64,000 bases of DNA, taken from Epithemia pelagica (lineage: Eukaryota > Protista > Bacillariophyta). The stretch spans positions 3,224,001-3,288,000 of the forward strand of contig OX337231.1 in assembly GCA_946965045.2 (NCBI GenBank), written 5' to 3'. Numbering within the stretch: position 1 is the first letter of the stretch; every line of letters begins with the position of its first letter. The position numbers were made by a program, and so were the translations under genes. The notes under the pieces were generated by a model. That model did no database searches. It was not told where the DNA came from and worked only from the letters and a program-made list of their open reading frames with translations. Of this stretch, positions 22,083-34,085 are shown piece after piece.

Positions 22083-23702
22083 TCAAAATATCAACTTTTG
22101 AAACGAAGTCTCATTGAGGTCCCCCTCTCTCCTATGGAGCCGTTTCACCGCCACAACCCATGCCTCCTTCAGTGCCTTGTTCTTGACTTTGCTATCGACA
22201 GAGTCACGCGGTTCCATTCCAGGGAATCGGTTCACTTCGACAAGCCAGGGATGGCAGTCGGAATCCACCACAAAATCAAATCCTAGAACCTTGGGAATCG
22301 CCAAACAGCCAAGAGATGCTCGGTACGCCTGACACGCGACATTTGTCTGTGCAACACATTTCATATGATACGCTTTCATGACATCTCGAACGGCAGCGGA
22401 AATATTAGACCACAAAAGCTCAAACGAATCTCCTCTTTGGTTCATGACAGCTTCAAGGAATGACAAGTTTTCTTGTTTCATGTCCATGTCACGTCCTGAA
22501 TTCGTCATGAATACCGCATTTTCCGCTTCATGAACATCATCATTCTCATCCATGGGTCTTGCAGCGAGTTTTACTAGTCCCTCTTGCGAAAGAAAGACAT
22601 CTGGTTCAGTTTTCCCATTCATTGGTAAGAAGTAAGCAACGTAAACTCGTATCGAGAACTTTCTTCGACCGGGAGGCAACAAGTACGATGGGTGGATCAA
22701 CCGTTGTAGAAGAAAAGTGTCTGAAGAATCAAGCACTTGCGACGTGTAGACGATTTCGTTGCCGTGAGACCCATATCCCGATCTCTTCTTCTTCATCCAG
22801 ACATATTCTGCAGATGTCGTTTTGAGCTGGATGGTATCGTCTGGAATCACAATACCATGGGGCCAAAAACTCATGCCACCCAAAAGTCTATGAAGCAAGA
22901 TTTTGTCATCCAAATTGAACAACAAAGGATCATCAAATGGACCAATGTTGATCTGAGCGAGTTCAGCAGCCGAAAGATTGGGCAGACATGCGAACTGTTC
23001 TGTGTTCTCTAAGGCCATGATCCATTCCCCTAGCATCCTTTCTGCTGGCGATGTAGATGATTCAACAATGGAATGGTTCAGTTTGCTCCCCATTAGCCAA
23101 TTGAGTGTTTCCAGAAGTGGCGGAATCGGTGAACTAACAGAATATGACGTTCTAGATCGCATGAAATTGAGAGCTAGTGTTGAATTCCCCATCCGTAAGG
23201 AACATGTGACGGCACCATAGATTGCCTTGTCTGAACTTCCATGAGAGAAGCACTCCAATGCTTCTTGATATTTCAAGAGTCTTTGCAGAGAAGAGGCTTT
23301 TCCCAAGATAATCTTCTCTCGGGTTTCGTCGTCAAGTATTTCCTGCATTTTCTGGACTTTGTTGAACGAGACGACTGCTTCTTCATCTTCTCCAACTCGC
23401 ACCAAACAAGATGCCTGCAACACTAGTGACAGAGCTAGAATTCTCGGAGACAAGGATTTTCCGTCCATGGCATGTTCGTCTAGAATCTCAGACCAGAGCT
23501 CACAGGCTTCGTGAGCAGCAGAGATGTTGTTCGCGGCGGACTGAGAGAGAACATTTGCTCGTTGTATCTTTTGCATACGAGCATTATTTGTGGATTGAGA
23601 GTGTTGACTGAAGCTGACAACCGCAAGTACACGGAAGGGTGTCAAGTGCAGACCGGCGAACAACGACAATATGAGGCGGAACCGATTGATGTCACCTCCC
23701 AT
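22083..23702 (-). CDS. Tubulin-tyrosine-ligase (TTL/TTLL)-like ATP-grasp protein with N-terminal TPR-like helices
   Basis: FLLQRLI, RKFSIRVYV, GLVKLA, FMTN, LGFDFVVDSDCHPWLVEVNRFPG; KASSLQRLLKYQEALECF is TPR-like. Confidence 0.8.
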   Translation of the reverse strand: MGGDINRFRLILSLFAGLHLTPFRVLAVVSFSQHSQSTNNARMQKIQRANVLSQSAANNISAAHEACELWSEILDEHAMDGKSLSPRILALSLVLQASCLVRVGEDEEAVVSFNKVQKMQEILDDETREKIILGKASSLQRLLKYQEALECFSHGSSDKAIYGAVTCSLRMGNSTLALNFMRSRTSYSVSSPIPPLLETLNWLMGSKLNHSIVESSTSPAERMLGEWIMALENTEQFACLPNLSAAELAQINIGPFDDPLLFNLDDKILLHRLLGGMSFWPHGIVIPDDTIQLKTTSAEYVWMKKKRSGYGSHGNEIVYTSQVLDSSDTFLLQRLIHPSYLLPPGRRKFSIRVYVAYFLPMNGKTEPDVFLSQEGLVKLAARPMDENDDVHEAENAVFMTNSGRDMDMKQENLSFLEAVMNQRGDSFELLWSNISAAVRDVMKAYHMKCVAQTNVACQAYRASLGCLAIPKVLGFDFVVDSDCHPWLVEVNRFPGMEPRDSVDSKVKNKALKEAWVVAVKRLHRREGDLNETSFQKLIF

Positions 23703-24166
23703 TATAGCAACGTACACACATCGCAACAGGTGAGAGTTCAAGTATGTTCCTTCAGTGTGTTCTCAGGCTCTAGAGGATGTTGGCTCTTTCTGATAGACCG
23801 GTGTTCTCCGGTTCTCCGGCGGCAATGAGATACCGGGGGAATGTATGTAACCCCTAGCGGGTGTGAGTTTTCCGTTGGGTGCAATCCTGTAAGTGTAAGG
23901 GGGAACTGCTGACAATGTACATTATTAGACTCTGGGACGTAGATCTTTGGACTAAGGTAGCTGTCTCAATGAATCCCGGTGGTTTTTCAACTTGACGTTT
24001 GAGGTGGTCCTTGGAGTACACAAGTGAATCAATGAGAGTGTCTCCCTGCTCCCATTCCCACTCCCACCTCTGGGTGTGCGAATTTGGTGAACCTAGGTAA
24101 TTTCACTGTTGGCTCTGACAAAGGAGATTTCAAGTTTCAAGCCATCCTTTCTACTCACTGCCTCCA

Positions 24167-26177
24167 CTACGACTCTGTGCTCTTATCGACATCGCCTGTC
24201 CGATCCTTCTGGTTCCCAAACCCAATCGGAGTCAAGAACGACTCACCGTTTGATGCTTTGTCCCTTTTGAGAAGATGTCGCAAAGGAGTGAGGTGCAGCG
24301 TTCTTGGATTATTGATCTTTTGCATCAGACCAGATGTTATCGAACCAGCAACCTTCGTACAAAGACCGACTGAGAAAGACAGTGCAACAATACTTGCCCA
24401 AAGATTTGCACCTCTTAAGCCTGTCAGTTTTGAGAAAACAGATACAGCATTTTTGCCGATAAATCCCATTCCGCTTAATCCCGCGACTATGAGACCAATC
24501 TGGCCCATTCGATCGAACCTTTTTCTGCGTCCAACCTGTTGAAAAGTGTATTCTTCTCTTTGAAGCATAGCAATGATGTTGGGCTGAAAAATACGTGGCA
24601 TCATTCCGTTGAAAATAGAATCCAATATCAACGGTAGAATAAACGTCACAAAGCCAAGTTTTCCTGGTCGATCCAGGTCACGGGATATCCGAACTAAGGC
24701 CCTGGCTTCACCCGATCTTCTCCGCGAAAACTCCAATACACTGGCCGTAAGATCATTTTCGTACTCATCCAAAATGTCCCCCAAAATCTTTACGTCTTCA
24801 AGGGCACTGTTGGCCCCCAAACCAAAATAGGGTTTGACTGTATGCGCACAGTCACCTAGAATTAAACAGCGATTCCCCTCATGCAGCCGAGGTCCCGCAA
24901 ATCGGAACCCTGGCAGGTACGAAACTTGTTTCTTCGCGACAGTCGCAACTACTTCATCAGAAAGTAGGGCACTGAATTGTGGTAGGTCTTCATCCAAACG
25001 CTTTCGCAGCACAGCTGGATCTGTATCCGCTTTTGCAATTTCATCATCTTTCTTTAGTAGCAACGCGCCACAAAAACTTCCGTCGCCATTTGCAGGCAGT
25101 GCGTCGAACGTAGTCTTGCTGCCCTTTGAACGGGCAGAATAGTTCACATCTGATCTCCAAGATTGGGGTACTTTGAAAGGGATCGTTTTGTATACGCGTT
25201 GATTGTCATCGACATAGCGTTTCACTCGAAAAGGTCGACCTGCAAATAATCTTCTTACTGGATTCATACGAGACTTTCGGGCTGAGTCCATTTGTTCCAT
25301 TTCATTAGCAATCGTTCGGACTGTTCCATCGGCGGCAACTAATAAATCAGTTGCTACGCGGACTGGGTTGTCAACATCACATTCAACAGCAGGAGAGTCT
25401 TCGTTTTTGGCACATTTACATATTTCAACAAGAACCTGAGATCCGTTTGTGAGGTGAAATTCTATTGGTCTCAGTTCATATCCATAATGGAGAGTGATTC
25501 GATCCTTGTAATTGTCCAAGATGTGCTGATGGATCACTCCAACAAGTTTGTCGCGTGGCAATATTTGCGCGGTGACCTTCTTGTCCTTTTTCGTAAAAAT
25601 CCGTTCAACACCCTCTTCTGGCCCGTCTGGCTCCCAATTTCGCCTTCCGACGACGGCAACACATCGCTTCTTAACATCATCCCATACACCAAACTGTTTG
25701 AGGGCAGTTTGGCCTCTTCCTCCCAGACCAATCAGATAGAACTTTGCTGCAAACAAAAGCAGGAATGCATGTTAGACATTATCGTATTCAAAATTGTATC
25801 TACGCCCCTAAAGCCAACTCACCTACATCACTCCATACCATTTCATCATCTGGATTTGGTGGCTCAGAAAGTCGGTCGTACACTCGAATAGATGTAGAAG
25901 ATGGAAGTTTTTGAGCCATCATTATAGCAGCTAACAATCCGGCAGGACCCCCACCGCAGACAACTGCATCTGCATGTTCAATCGAGTCCGCATTTTTTGA
26001 TACTAACTCAGATGAATCCGCCGCCGGCGATCTTGAGGCATATTGTGCCGGTATTCCTGAACCGTATGCTTTCGAGTACCTGACCTGAATGCGAGATAAA
26101 GAGGTCAAGGGGGCAAAGGCGCATGCACCTGATAACTTGATGGCTAAGATAACAAGAGCACCGATGTTTCTCATCAT
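24167..26177 (-). CDS. FAD-dependent monooxygenase, kynurenine 3-monooxygenase-like, plastid presequence; intron 25747-25822
   Basis: GGGPAGL FAD motif, LVAADG, ILGDCAHTVKPYFGLGANSALED; signal ending GACA-FAP. Confidence 0.85.
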
Positions 26178-26428
26178 GGTCAAGGTTGAAGTTGACGCTG
26201 GTTGAAACCTCCTCGCGATTCGCGATTCCAAACCAAATTCCCACTAAAGGTCAAGCTAGACTACCTACTCCTATGCTATTTATCCCCGAACGGAGGCGTA
26301 ACATCATGCAGCCCTATATGCAAAGCTAGTTAGTGGAGATGTACATCTCCTAAAACGACCAAACAGACAGCATAAACGTTGCATGCCTGCTAGGATACCT
26401 TCTCGATCACCCTGATAAAACGAGCGAT

Positions 26429-26968
26429 CTACTGGCACATTCCTCCCTCCATTGGCACTGCGTTTGGGATGTATCCATAGTTGTTCACTTGGAGAAAAAG
26501 AACAATTAGGCCCACAAGGATAGCTAGGAAAGACAAGCCTTCAGCAGCTCCAAGTAGCCCTGCTGGTCCAGCTGGAAGGCCAGATCCTGTCCTGATCTTC
26601 GTAAATGCTGAATATCCAGCAACCCCCACAACGCCTAAGTAGCTGATGCCTTCCGCTAGTCCGAAAAGACCATAAGGTCCAGCAGGCACACCACATCCAG
26701 TTGACGCAAGCGTGTATTCCGAAATGAAAACAATGATAGCACAAACGGTCCCTAGAACGCCAAGTGTCTGTTGTTCCGATATGCTGAGGGGTGGGCTTGG
26801 ATCGCTCGAGGAAAACAGTTGGGATTGTGAACGCCGGTTAGATTCCTGAAATCGTCCATGGAGAGCCTCACATCTTTCAGGGTATCGGCATCTCGGTGGA
26901 AGAGGCACGTTTAATGCATTCAACAGAGAAAAAGTAAGCGAAAGCAAAAGTACGACGATGATCCTCAT
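26429..26968 (-). CDS. Small plastid-targeted membrane protein with an internally duplicated G.PAGP.GL.G.AEG.S.L motif
   Basis: Signal peptide MRIIVVLLLSLTFSLLNA; two copies of the Gly/Pro motif each followed by a hydrophobic helix. Confidence 0.7.
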   Translation of the reverse strand: MRIIVVLLLSLTFSLLNALNVPLPPRCRYPERCEALHGRFQESNRRSQSQLFSSSDPSPPLSISEQQTLGVLGTVCAIIVFISEYTLASTGCGVPAGPYGLFGLAEGISYLGVVGVAGYSAFTKIRTGSGLPAGPAGLLGAAEGLSFLAILVGLIVLFLQVNNYGYIPNAVPMEGGMCQ

Positions 26969-27329
26969 GGTGAAGCTCAAGATCAAACTCCGGTGATTTG
27001 TGGAATTGGTAATTGGAAGTGATGCTACCTTGTCTAACATACTCAGTCGTAAGATGACCCTCTACTCCTAGGGTGACTACTCCTAAGACAATACTATCTG
27101 CGTGAGATGACTGAACACTGAACACAGAAAGACCAGTCCAGTTCTGTACGAATTCACATTTATTTTGTAGCAGACCACGTACGAAATAAACGATGTCATT
27201 TAGATGATGAACCAGACAATCTACTTTATAAAGAACGATTCGTCGGCCCCAATCAACGAGTGTAGTAGAGTGCCATCATCTTCGTTTCATCCAGGAGCAT
27301 GGCAACCGAAGCCACATACATCCTATAGA

Positions 27330-27753
<424 letters not shown>

Positions 27754-28939
27754 TCAACTTAGTTCGAGATATTGGACTTACGTACCGCTGTTTCAATTTC
27801 GGACGAGCTCAAATTGTGCGTTGTGGAATGGAATGAATGAAGGAGTACGCCGGCGTTACTGGCTCCGCTGGACGGTTAAGTTAGTAGGGATTCCTACTGG
27901 ACTTCTACATACGTCTGGTCCAGTACATGTGTAACGGGAAAGGAAGTCATGCTATTCTGGCGCCGTCTGTCTGCACCCATACTCTAAACGCGATCCAAAA
28001 CGTGACTAAAAGCGATTCTTCTACCCCCTCTTTTTTCTGATCTATGGGAATCGGGAATCGATTACTGGGTTCGAGTTCGAGTAACCTAGGCGTAGGAGTA
28101 ACAATGCCTCCCATATGAAAGAGTTTTCTACTCCTAGGTTCGACAGATCCTACTAATCCAAAATAAAGGAGCCGGAGTAAGTGAATGGCCCACTCATTTT
28201 TCGTAGATTTGGATGATATGGGAAAAGGATGGGAGAATGAGCCATCATTTTCATCGATCCCATATGGAAACGAGAGGAGAGAGAGATCTGCACGTCACAT
28301 CCAAAATCTAGAGAGATAGAGGGATGAGAGTTGAGAGTGCTAGGAGACTGTTGAGAGGGGAAAGTCATGACTCATGACGAGGAAGTATACCTCTAGAGGA
28401 AGACGGGTCGCGTATCGGGTAGTTTCGTTCGTGCATGCACGTGGCTTCAATCCAGCCTGCTCACCCAACAAGAAACAAATCGAAACCAGCTGCTAAGGAT
28501 TAGTCGTCACTATGTCAAAAAATCTCTTTTATCTTATTAAAACTCAGTGTTCGAGAGAAAAGCGGCTGAAACGGTCGCAACGGTAAAATCTCAGGAGCAA
28601 GAGCAGGAATTGCATCTCCTTTGTTCCCCTGTTGTGTTTTTGATCTGCCGTCTCTAGTAGATGTTGTGTGGACCAGACAAGGGAAAGGGATTGCACCCTG
28701 TATGAGAGTCTTCTTGGGTCGCCCTCAATCAAAAAACACAAACGTCCGCGAGAGCTTGGTTAGGTTAGCAGGAGCTGTTCCTGGCCCTGCTATTCTCACG
28801 CTTCATCAATTCATTGAAAGGAGATCGAGCGATAGTCCGTCTCTTCCTCCATTAGACGACATCACTTCTGGGCGGAGGTTCCGTTTCCAGTCAAGCTGGA
28901 TTTGCATCGGAAACGACTACAACACCAAGAAATCCTTCA

Positions 28940-31607
28940 ATGGGAAACGAGAGCTCCTTGCCGTCGGAAGGATCCACCAACGCGGCGTCACCCAATCATG
29001 GGAATGAGGTGGAAGATCAAGGTGGTCGAACGCCATCATCACCGGCAGGCCAGCAACAGCTTTCTCCGCAACCATCAACGCCATCGTCAAATGGAAACCA
29101 GACGGAAAAACGTTCAGCGGAACGAGGACAAAGACCGGGAGCTCGAATGATTGGAGCTGTTTTTGGAAAAGGCGCTCGCGCAGTTGCTGGGGGAGGCCAT
29201 CAAAACCAACCACGGCATCACCAAGGTTCTCCCGCTGTTCCTGGTACACCACAAGGCCTGGAAGATCGGGAGAAAATACGACCAAGCAATTTACATCACG
29301 AAAACCCTCCAGATCATGGATATAGAATAGATCCTGGCGGTGTAGTGGCACCAAGTAACAACAACTATCCTGGTACCAATCCACCACATTCATACGCTAG
29401 CGGCGCGGTAGGAGACGATGTCGTCACATCCCACGATTATTTTGCACAAGCACAGCAACAAAATTACTATTCCTCGCAACATCAAGTCAACCCACAACAG
29501 ATACCACCGCCGTATTACGCAGGACAACCTCAACCTGGCTATCATCAACCGCAGCCCGTTCCATACGAGAGATCAATATCATCTTCCTCCCACGATGTGA
29601 ATCATAGAGAACATCCAGCAGTGGGCGTGATGTATGAAAGGCCTGGAAACCCTCCTGTTCAAAAGAAATCCATTTTTCCTGGTCGGGCAACAGCTCGTGG
29701 TGCTGCGCTCATCTCTTCCATGCGCAATTTAACCCTGGCCGGAGCCCTACGTGGCGGAAAGAAGGAAGTCAATGATTGGGAAAAGCAATGGGACGCTGAT
29801 GAAGATGACGATTCAGATGAAGAAGATGAAGACGAGACTGGTACTCCATCAGATGGGACCAGCACCGGCGTTCGCGGTGGGTCGACAAGTGAGAAGCCAT
29901 CTAGTTTTACAGCCCAATCGGCTCCCCTCCATTATCATGGCCAGGTTAGACCAGCCATGGATGCTGGTCACTCCGAACTTCCTATGCAACCCCATGTACA
30001 GTCGGGGGCAATGGAGCCAACTGTCGGTGGGCCATCGGTTCCCATCGAATCCGCTTCAACCCTTCAAAATTTCAATAGTGGCAACAATAAGGTTGCGTTC
30101 GTGACGCACGATTTATCAGCAGTACATCAACATCAGCAGCAACAAGATTTAGCCGCTGAATGGGACATGGCAGGAATTCAGCCACCTTCGGCTATTGTCG
30201 ATGACCAAGAGACAACGTCCACGACCGTACAGACGACATTGCCACAACAACAGCGCGAGGCGACTAAACCGAATGTTCAGATGTTTCTTCCAATGTTGCG
30301 TGTTCTTGGGAAAGGATCCTTTGGAAAGGTCAGTGGATATGGTGAACATTTTCTCATAAAAGTTTGACGTTTCTTGGTTTACTCACGGTCCGGATGAATT
30401 ACAGGTGGTGCTTGTACAAAAACGCACCGGTAAAGAACGTGGTGCCTTGTTTGCCATGAAAATATTACGGAAAACACATTTGGTTAAGAGACGTCAGATC
30501 GAACGGACACGGACCGAGCGGAGAGTTCTATCTGTTGTCAACCATCCATTCATAATGAAACTTCACTATGCCTTCCAGACTCAGGACAAACTATATCTTG
30601 TCCTCGATTATTGTCCTGGTGGGGAGTTGTTCTTTCACCTTTCTCGTTTTCGGAGATTTCCGGAACGAGTCGCGCGGTTTTACGCAGCTGAATTGCTTCT
30701 AGCGATTGGACATTTGCATAAACGTGGAATCATTTACCGTGATTTGAAACCTGAAAATGTGCTCTTGGACGCAGACGGTCATGTCAAACTTGGAGATTTT
30801 GGATTAGCAAAGGCAGGCATCAAGCATCCATGCGAAGGAGCCACCTCAATGTGCGGGACGCCAGAATACATGGCACCAGAGGTTCTAGCGCAGGCTGGAC
30901 ACGGGTTTTGTGTTGATTATTGGGGGCTGGGTATGCTTCTCTACGAAATGATGACTGGATTGCCGCCATGGTACACTACAGATCGAGCAAAACTTTTTCG
31001 TCGTTTGAAGAGCGCACCGCTTGACATACCGTCGTACTTTTCGGAACAAGCCGCGAATTGTGTGAGTGCATTATTGGAACGAAATCCAAGGAGAAGACTA
31101 GGTGTGACTGGAATTCGAAATTCTATGGAGCACGAGTTCTTTCGCAACATAAGTTGGAAATCCTTGTATGCTCGTCGGGTAGAAGCACCCGTTCGACCAT
31201 GTGAAGGATGGCGTCCGCCTGAATCAACAGCTCCAAGCGATAACGACGACAAGATATTTGCCGCGAATGCCGGTCCCATGTCCCTTACTGATATTGAAGG
31301 CATCAATCGGAGCGATTTAGATGCTGCGACTGCCAACTTTGATAATACCTTTACACGAATGCCTGTGGAGTCAGAAGAAATGACAACGGACGGAGATGGA
31401 ATGGACGAAGCTGAGGCAGCGGAGCAGTTGAGCGACGACACCTTTTTGGGTTTCTCCTTTGACAGCAAAGACAGAGAAGCCAGCGCCGGTAGCAACACTT
31501 CTTCATCGTCCTCGGGTTCTTCCAGTGCCAATCCTTCCAACACGAGGCCATGGCCTAACGCAGCATCGTCCTCGTCCGCTGCCCATTCTGTGCACAATAC
31601 GGAATGA
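28940..31607 (+). CDS. AGC-family Ser/Thr kinase (S6K/SGK/Akt-like) with long low-complexity N-terminus; intron 30329-30404
   Basis: LGKGSFGK|VVLV, YRDLKPEN, DFG, MCGTPEYMAPE, turn and hydrophobic motif NFDNTFT...FLGFSF. Confidence 0.93.
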
Positions 31608-31789
31608 GTCGCGCAGTTCTAATAGAAATCAATACTTTGCTACTGCACAAACATAATTCTACTCCTAGGCCATTAGCGATGTCTACTAACGAATACCAAG
31701 CTCCGAGATTGCCGGGTCATGGTAGCGTTTTCGTGGTGCAAACTATTCTCATTTGAAAGAGAAAGACAGACCAAGAGAAACAAAAATAG

Positions 31790-32497
31790 CTATCGTTGTT
31801 CGTTCTCAACGTGACGCAACAACGTCCGACAATTGGGGCAGTTTATTCTGAGCATTCGGGTATCTGTTGATGAGGATGAGGATGGGTTCGACGATGACAC
31901 AACCCACTGTAGGAAGCATTCATAATGGAAAACGTGATTGCACTCCCCTGTCTTGAAGACTTTTTCTCCAGACTTTAGTTCATTCAGGCAAATGGAACAT
32001 GGAAAACTCATAACCGAGTCTTTGTCGGTAACTCTTTCATCGTCTACATTATCCTCCTCACCATTGCTTGACTTTAACTCATCACAGCTATGAACACTAC
32101 CGCTGCTACTATTTTCCTTCTTCCATTGTTCGACATCTTCGTTGGTGAGGATCACAAACGGTATCATTTCAGACAGCGTCTCCAGCGATATTTGATCAGC
32201 TCTTTCGATACGAAGACTAGCCTCAATATCTCCCGGTTGATCTCCGCTGGGTTGCGTGCGAACGTTCCAAAAGGGAAAGATTTTTCTGAGAAATTCGGCA
32301 ACTTGTCTGCGTCGACGACCGCCGTCCAAACTGATACATATATCCAACGTGAAGAACAAAGCAAAGCGACATGTCGCTAGAGCAATTAGTGCACCAAGAA
32401 TGGCACCACCAATCAACAAGGCTTCTTCATAACCCAAGTCCGAAGAAGACTGACTCGATCCGGAACCGGAAAACCTCGATGAGGTTGATGATGACAT
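31790..32497 (-). CDS. Transmembrane RING-H2 E3 ubiquitin ligase (ATL-like)
   Basis: N-terminal TM helix; CSIC...CNHVFHYEC...W...CPNCR. Confidence 0.9.
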   Translation of the reverse strand: MSSSTSSRFSGSGSSQSSSDLGYEEALLIGGAILGALIALATCRFALFFTLDICISLDGGRRRRQVAEFLRKIFPFWNVRTQPSGDQPGDIEASLRIERADQISLETLSEMIPFVILTNEDVEQWKKENSSSGSVHSCDELKSSNGEEDNVDDERVTDKDSVMSFPCSICLNELKSGEKVFKTGECNHVFHYECFLQWVVSSSNPSSSSSTDTRMLRINCPNCRTLLRHVENEQR

Positions 32498-32673
32498 TGT
32501 TCTCGTTACTGCGAGATTTGATTGTAACTGAATGTGAAGATGTCACGGAAGCATGACAATCGAATATCGACCAACGCTCATAGTCCGCCTTGCCTCGGAA
32601 CTAGGAAACAGATAGACGACTTGTTTGATCGACAGCAGCGACGCAGTGATTCATACATATTACATATACCGAC

Positions 32674-33312
32674 GGAGTTTGGGGAAATCGACCCGTCCGC
32701 CCGGACCATGAGATAAGGCTATCTCCACCCGAGCGCCGTTATGCTGACGTATTGGGGCTTTCTGATTGGCCTCGCTATCCGGATAGTGGATTAGCGGAGC
32801 CAAAGGTCCACGATCTCCGTTAAAAGAACGCCGCTATCTCGCGTTGCGCGTACGCATTGCGCATATGCCCTCTCTTGTTTCGGTTAAAAAGGGGTGCGAC
32901 CGCGGAAGTTGCGGAATTCAAACAAGCCCGATTAGATCGGGTGGAGCCCGATTAGATCGGGTTGAACCCGATTAGATCGGGTTGAGCCCGATTAGATCGG
33001 GTTGAACCCGATTAGATCGGGTTCATCGAGATAAGCCCACTACAATGGCCCTGAGTCACATTTCAGAAAAAATGAGGAAACGAAATACCACACACCCAGA
33101 CGACTGGTTCGCGTTCTCGTTCCCTTATCGTCAAAAAATAACACGATTTAATTAGTGTTAAGGTACATGCTCATGGCGGACGGAGTCCTCCCCGTTGCAA
33201 AACCTATCTACCCGCAGAAGTGTCCTCTTAGCCGCCCTAATTTCTTGTTGCGTCCCTAATCTATTGCCTATAACCCTGATTGTGCATAAAAGGGTCGATT
33301 TCCCCAAACTCC
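32674..33312. mobile_element. Non-autonomous DNA transposon (MITE-like), 639 bp
   Basis: Perfect 21-bp TIR GGAGTTTGGGGAAATCGACCC at 32674-32694 and its reverse complement at 33292-33312; GAC directly flanks both ends (3-bp TSD); no ORF. Confidence 0.85.
32927..33023. repeat. Five tandem 20-bp units, each containing the hairpin CCCGAT-TAG-ATCGGG
   Basis: Units start at 32927, 32947, 32967, 32987 and 33007, inside the MITE. Confidence 0.95.
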
Positions 33313-33595
33313 GACGACATGAACTTCGTTGATGAGTCTTGTTGACCTTCGATGGAATTCTTGCCGTCCATTCTCTTTGTGACGTGGCACAGTCGCACTC
33401 TATCGCGGTTACGTCTACCTCTATATCATCAACCTCAGTTCTCGACTTTGAATTTTTCGACCTAGAACCATGTTAAACCATGTGAATGCTGATCAGCTAT
33501 GTGCTCGACTTCATAAGAGCCATTGTAAGGGTAAACGAAAGAGAAGAAATTTTGCTTGCTGGTCAACCGTGTAATGAGCGCTGTCTGTATCGTAG

Positions 33596-33835
33596 GTGTA
33601 CGAATGCAACTTGAGAAAATACTATTTTGTTCTCGAATATCCTGACGAGCGTGAAGGACCTCGTCCCAACCAGACCAAACATCACGCTTCATGGCCAACC
33701 AACGGCAGCCATCCTCACGACGGTGAGGAGGACACCACCCGTAAGGTTATTGTGTTGGCAGGACCCACAGCGGTTGGAAAATCCGATGTTGCAGCCAAAT
33801 TGAACAAGTCGGTCGTAGTATCGGCAGACAGTGTT
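33596..33835 (+). pseudogene. miaA: Truncated 5' fragment of tRNA dimethylallyltransferase (MiaA/IPT)
   Basis: RKVIVLAGPTAVGKS...VVVSADSV is the MiaA P-loop plus SADS motif; similarity stops abruptly and the next gene's 3' end lies about 250 bp downstream on the opposite strand. Confidence 0.65.
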
Positions 33836-34085
33836 CTCTGGATTCCAGTGAGCAGAAGGCATCCAATTTCTGCGCGGCCAGGGCTAGGGATGACCGTTGC
33901 GTTATCTTACAACAGGATCGACCACTCGCAGAAACATGATTTCAGAAGAATGATGAAACTATTACGGTGATTGTACTAGTAATAGCGTTATCTCTGACGC
34001 GTAGCAGAGTTTGTGAATTTATAGAAGTCTGGCAACTTTTGTATGCATTCACCACCGGAACAAACCAACAACCACTCCCATTTGT

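Noticed and set aside
10522-23952. 12-mer AGATCTTTGGAC shared by two intergenic regions
   Set aside because: Many 12-mer matches are expected by chance in 64 kb.
32927-33023. CRISPR-like palindromic repeat array
   Set aside because: Units are directly adjacent with only 5-bp near-constant linkers and no unique spacers; no cas genes; eukaryotic context; lies inside a MITE.
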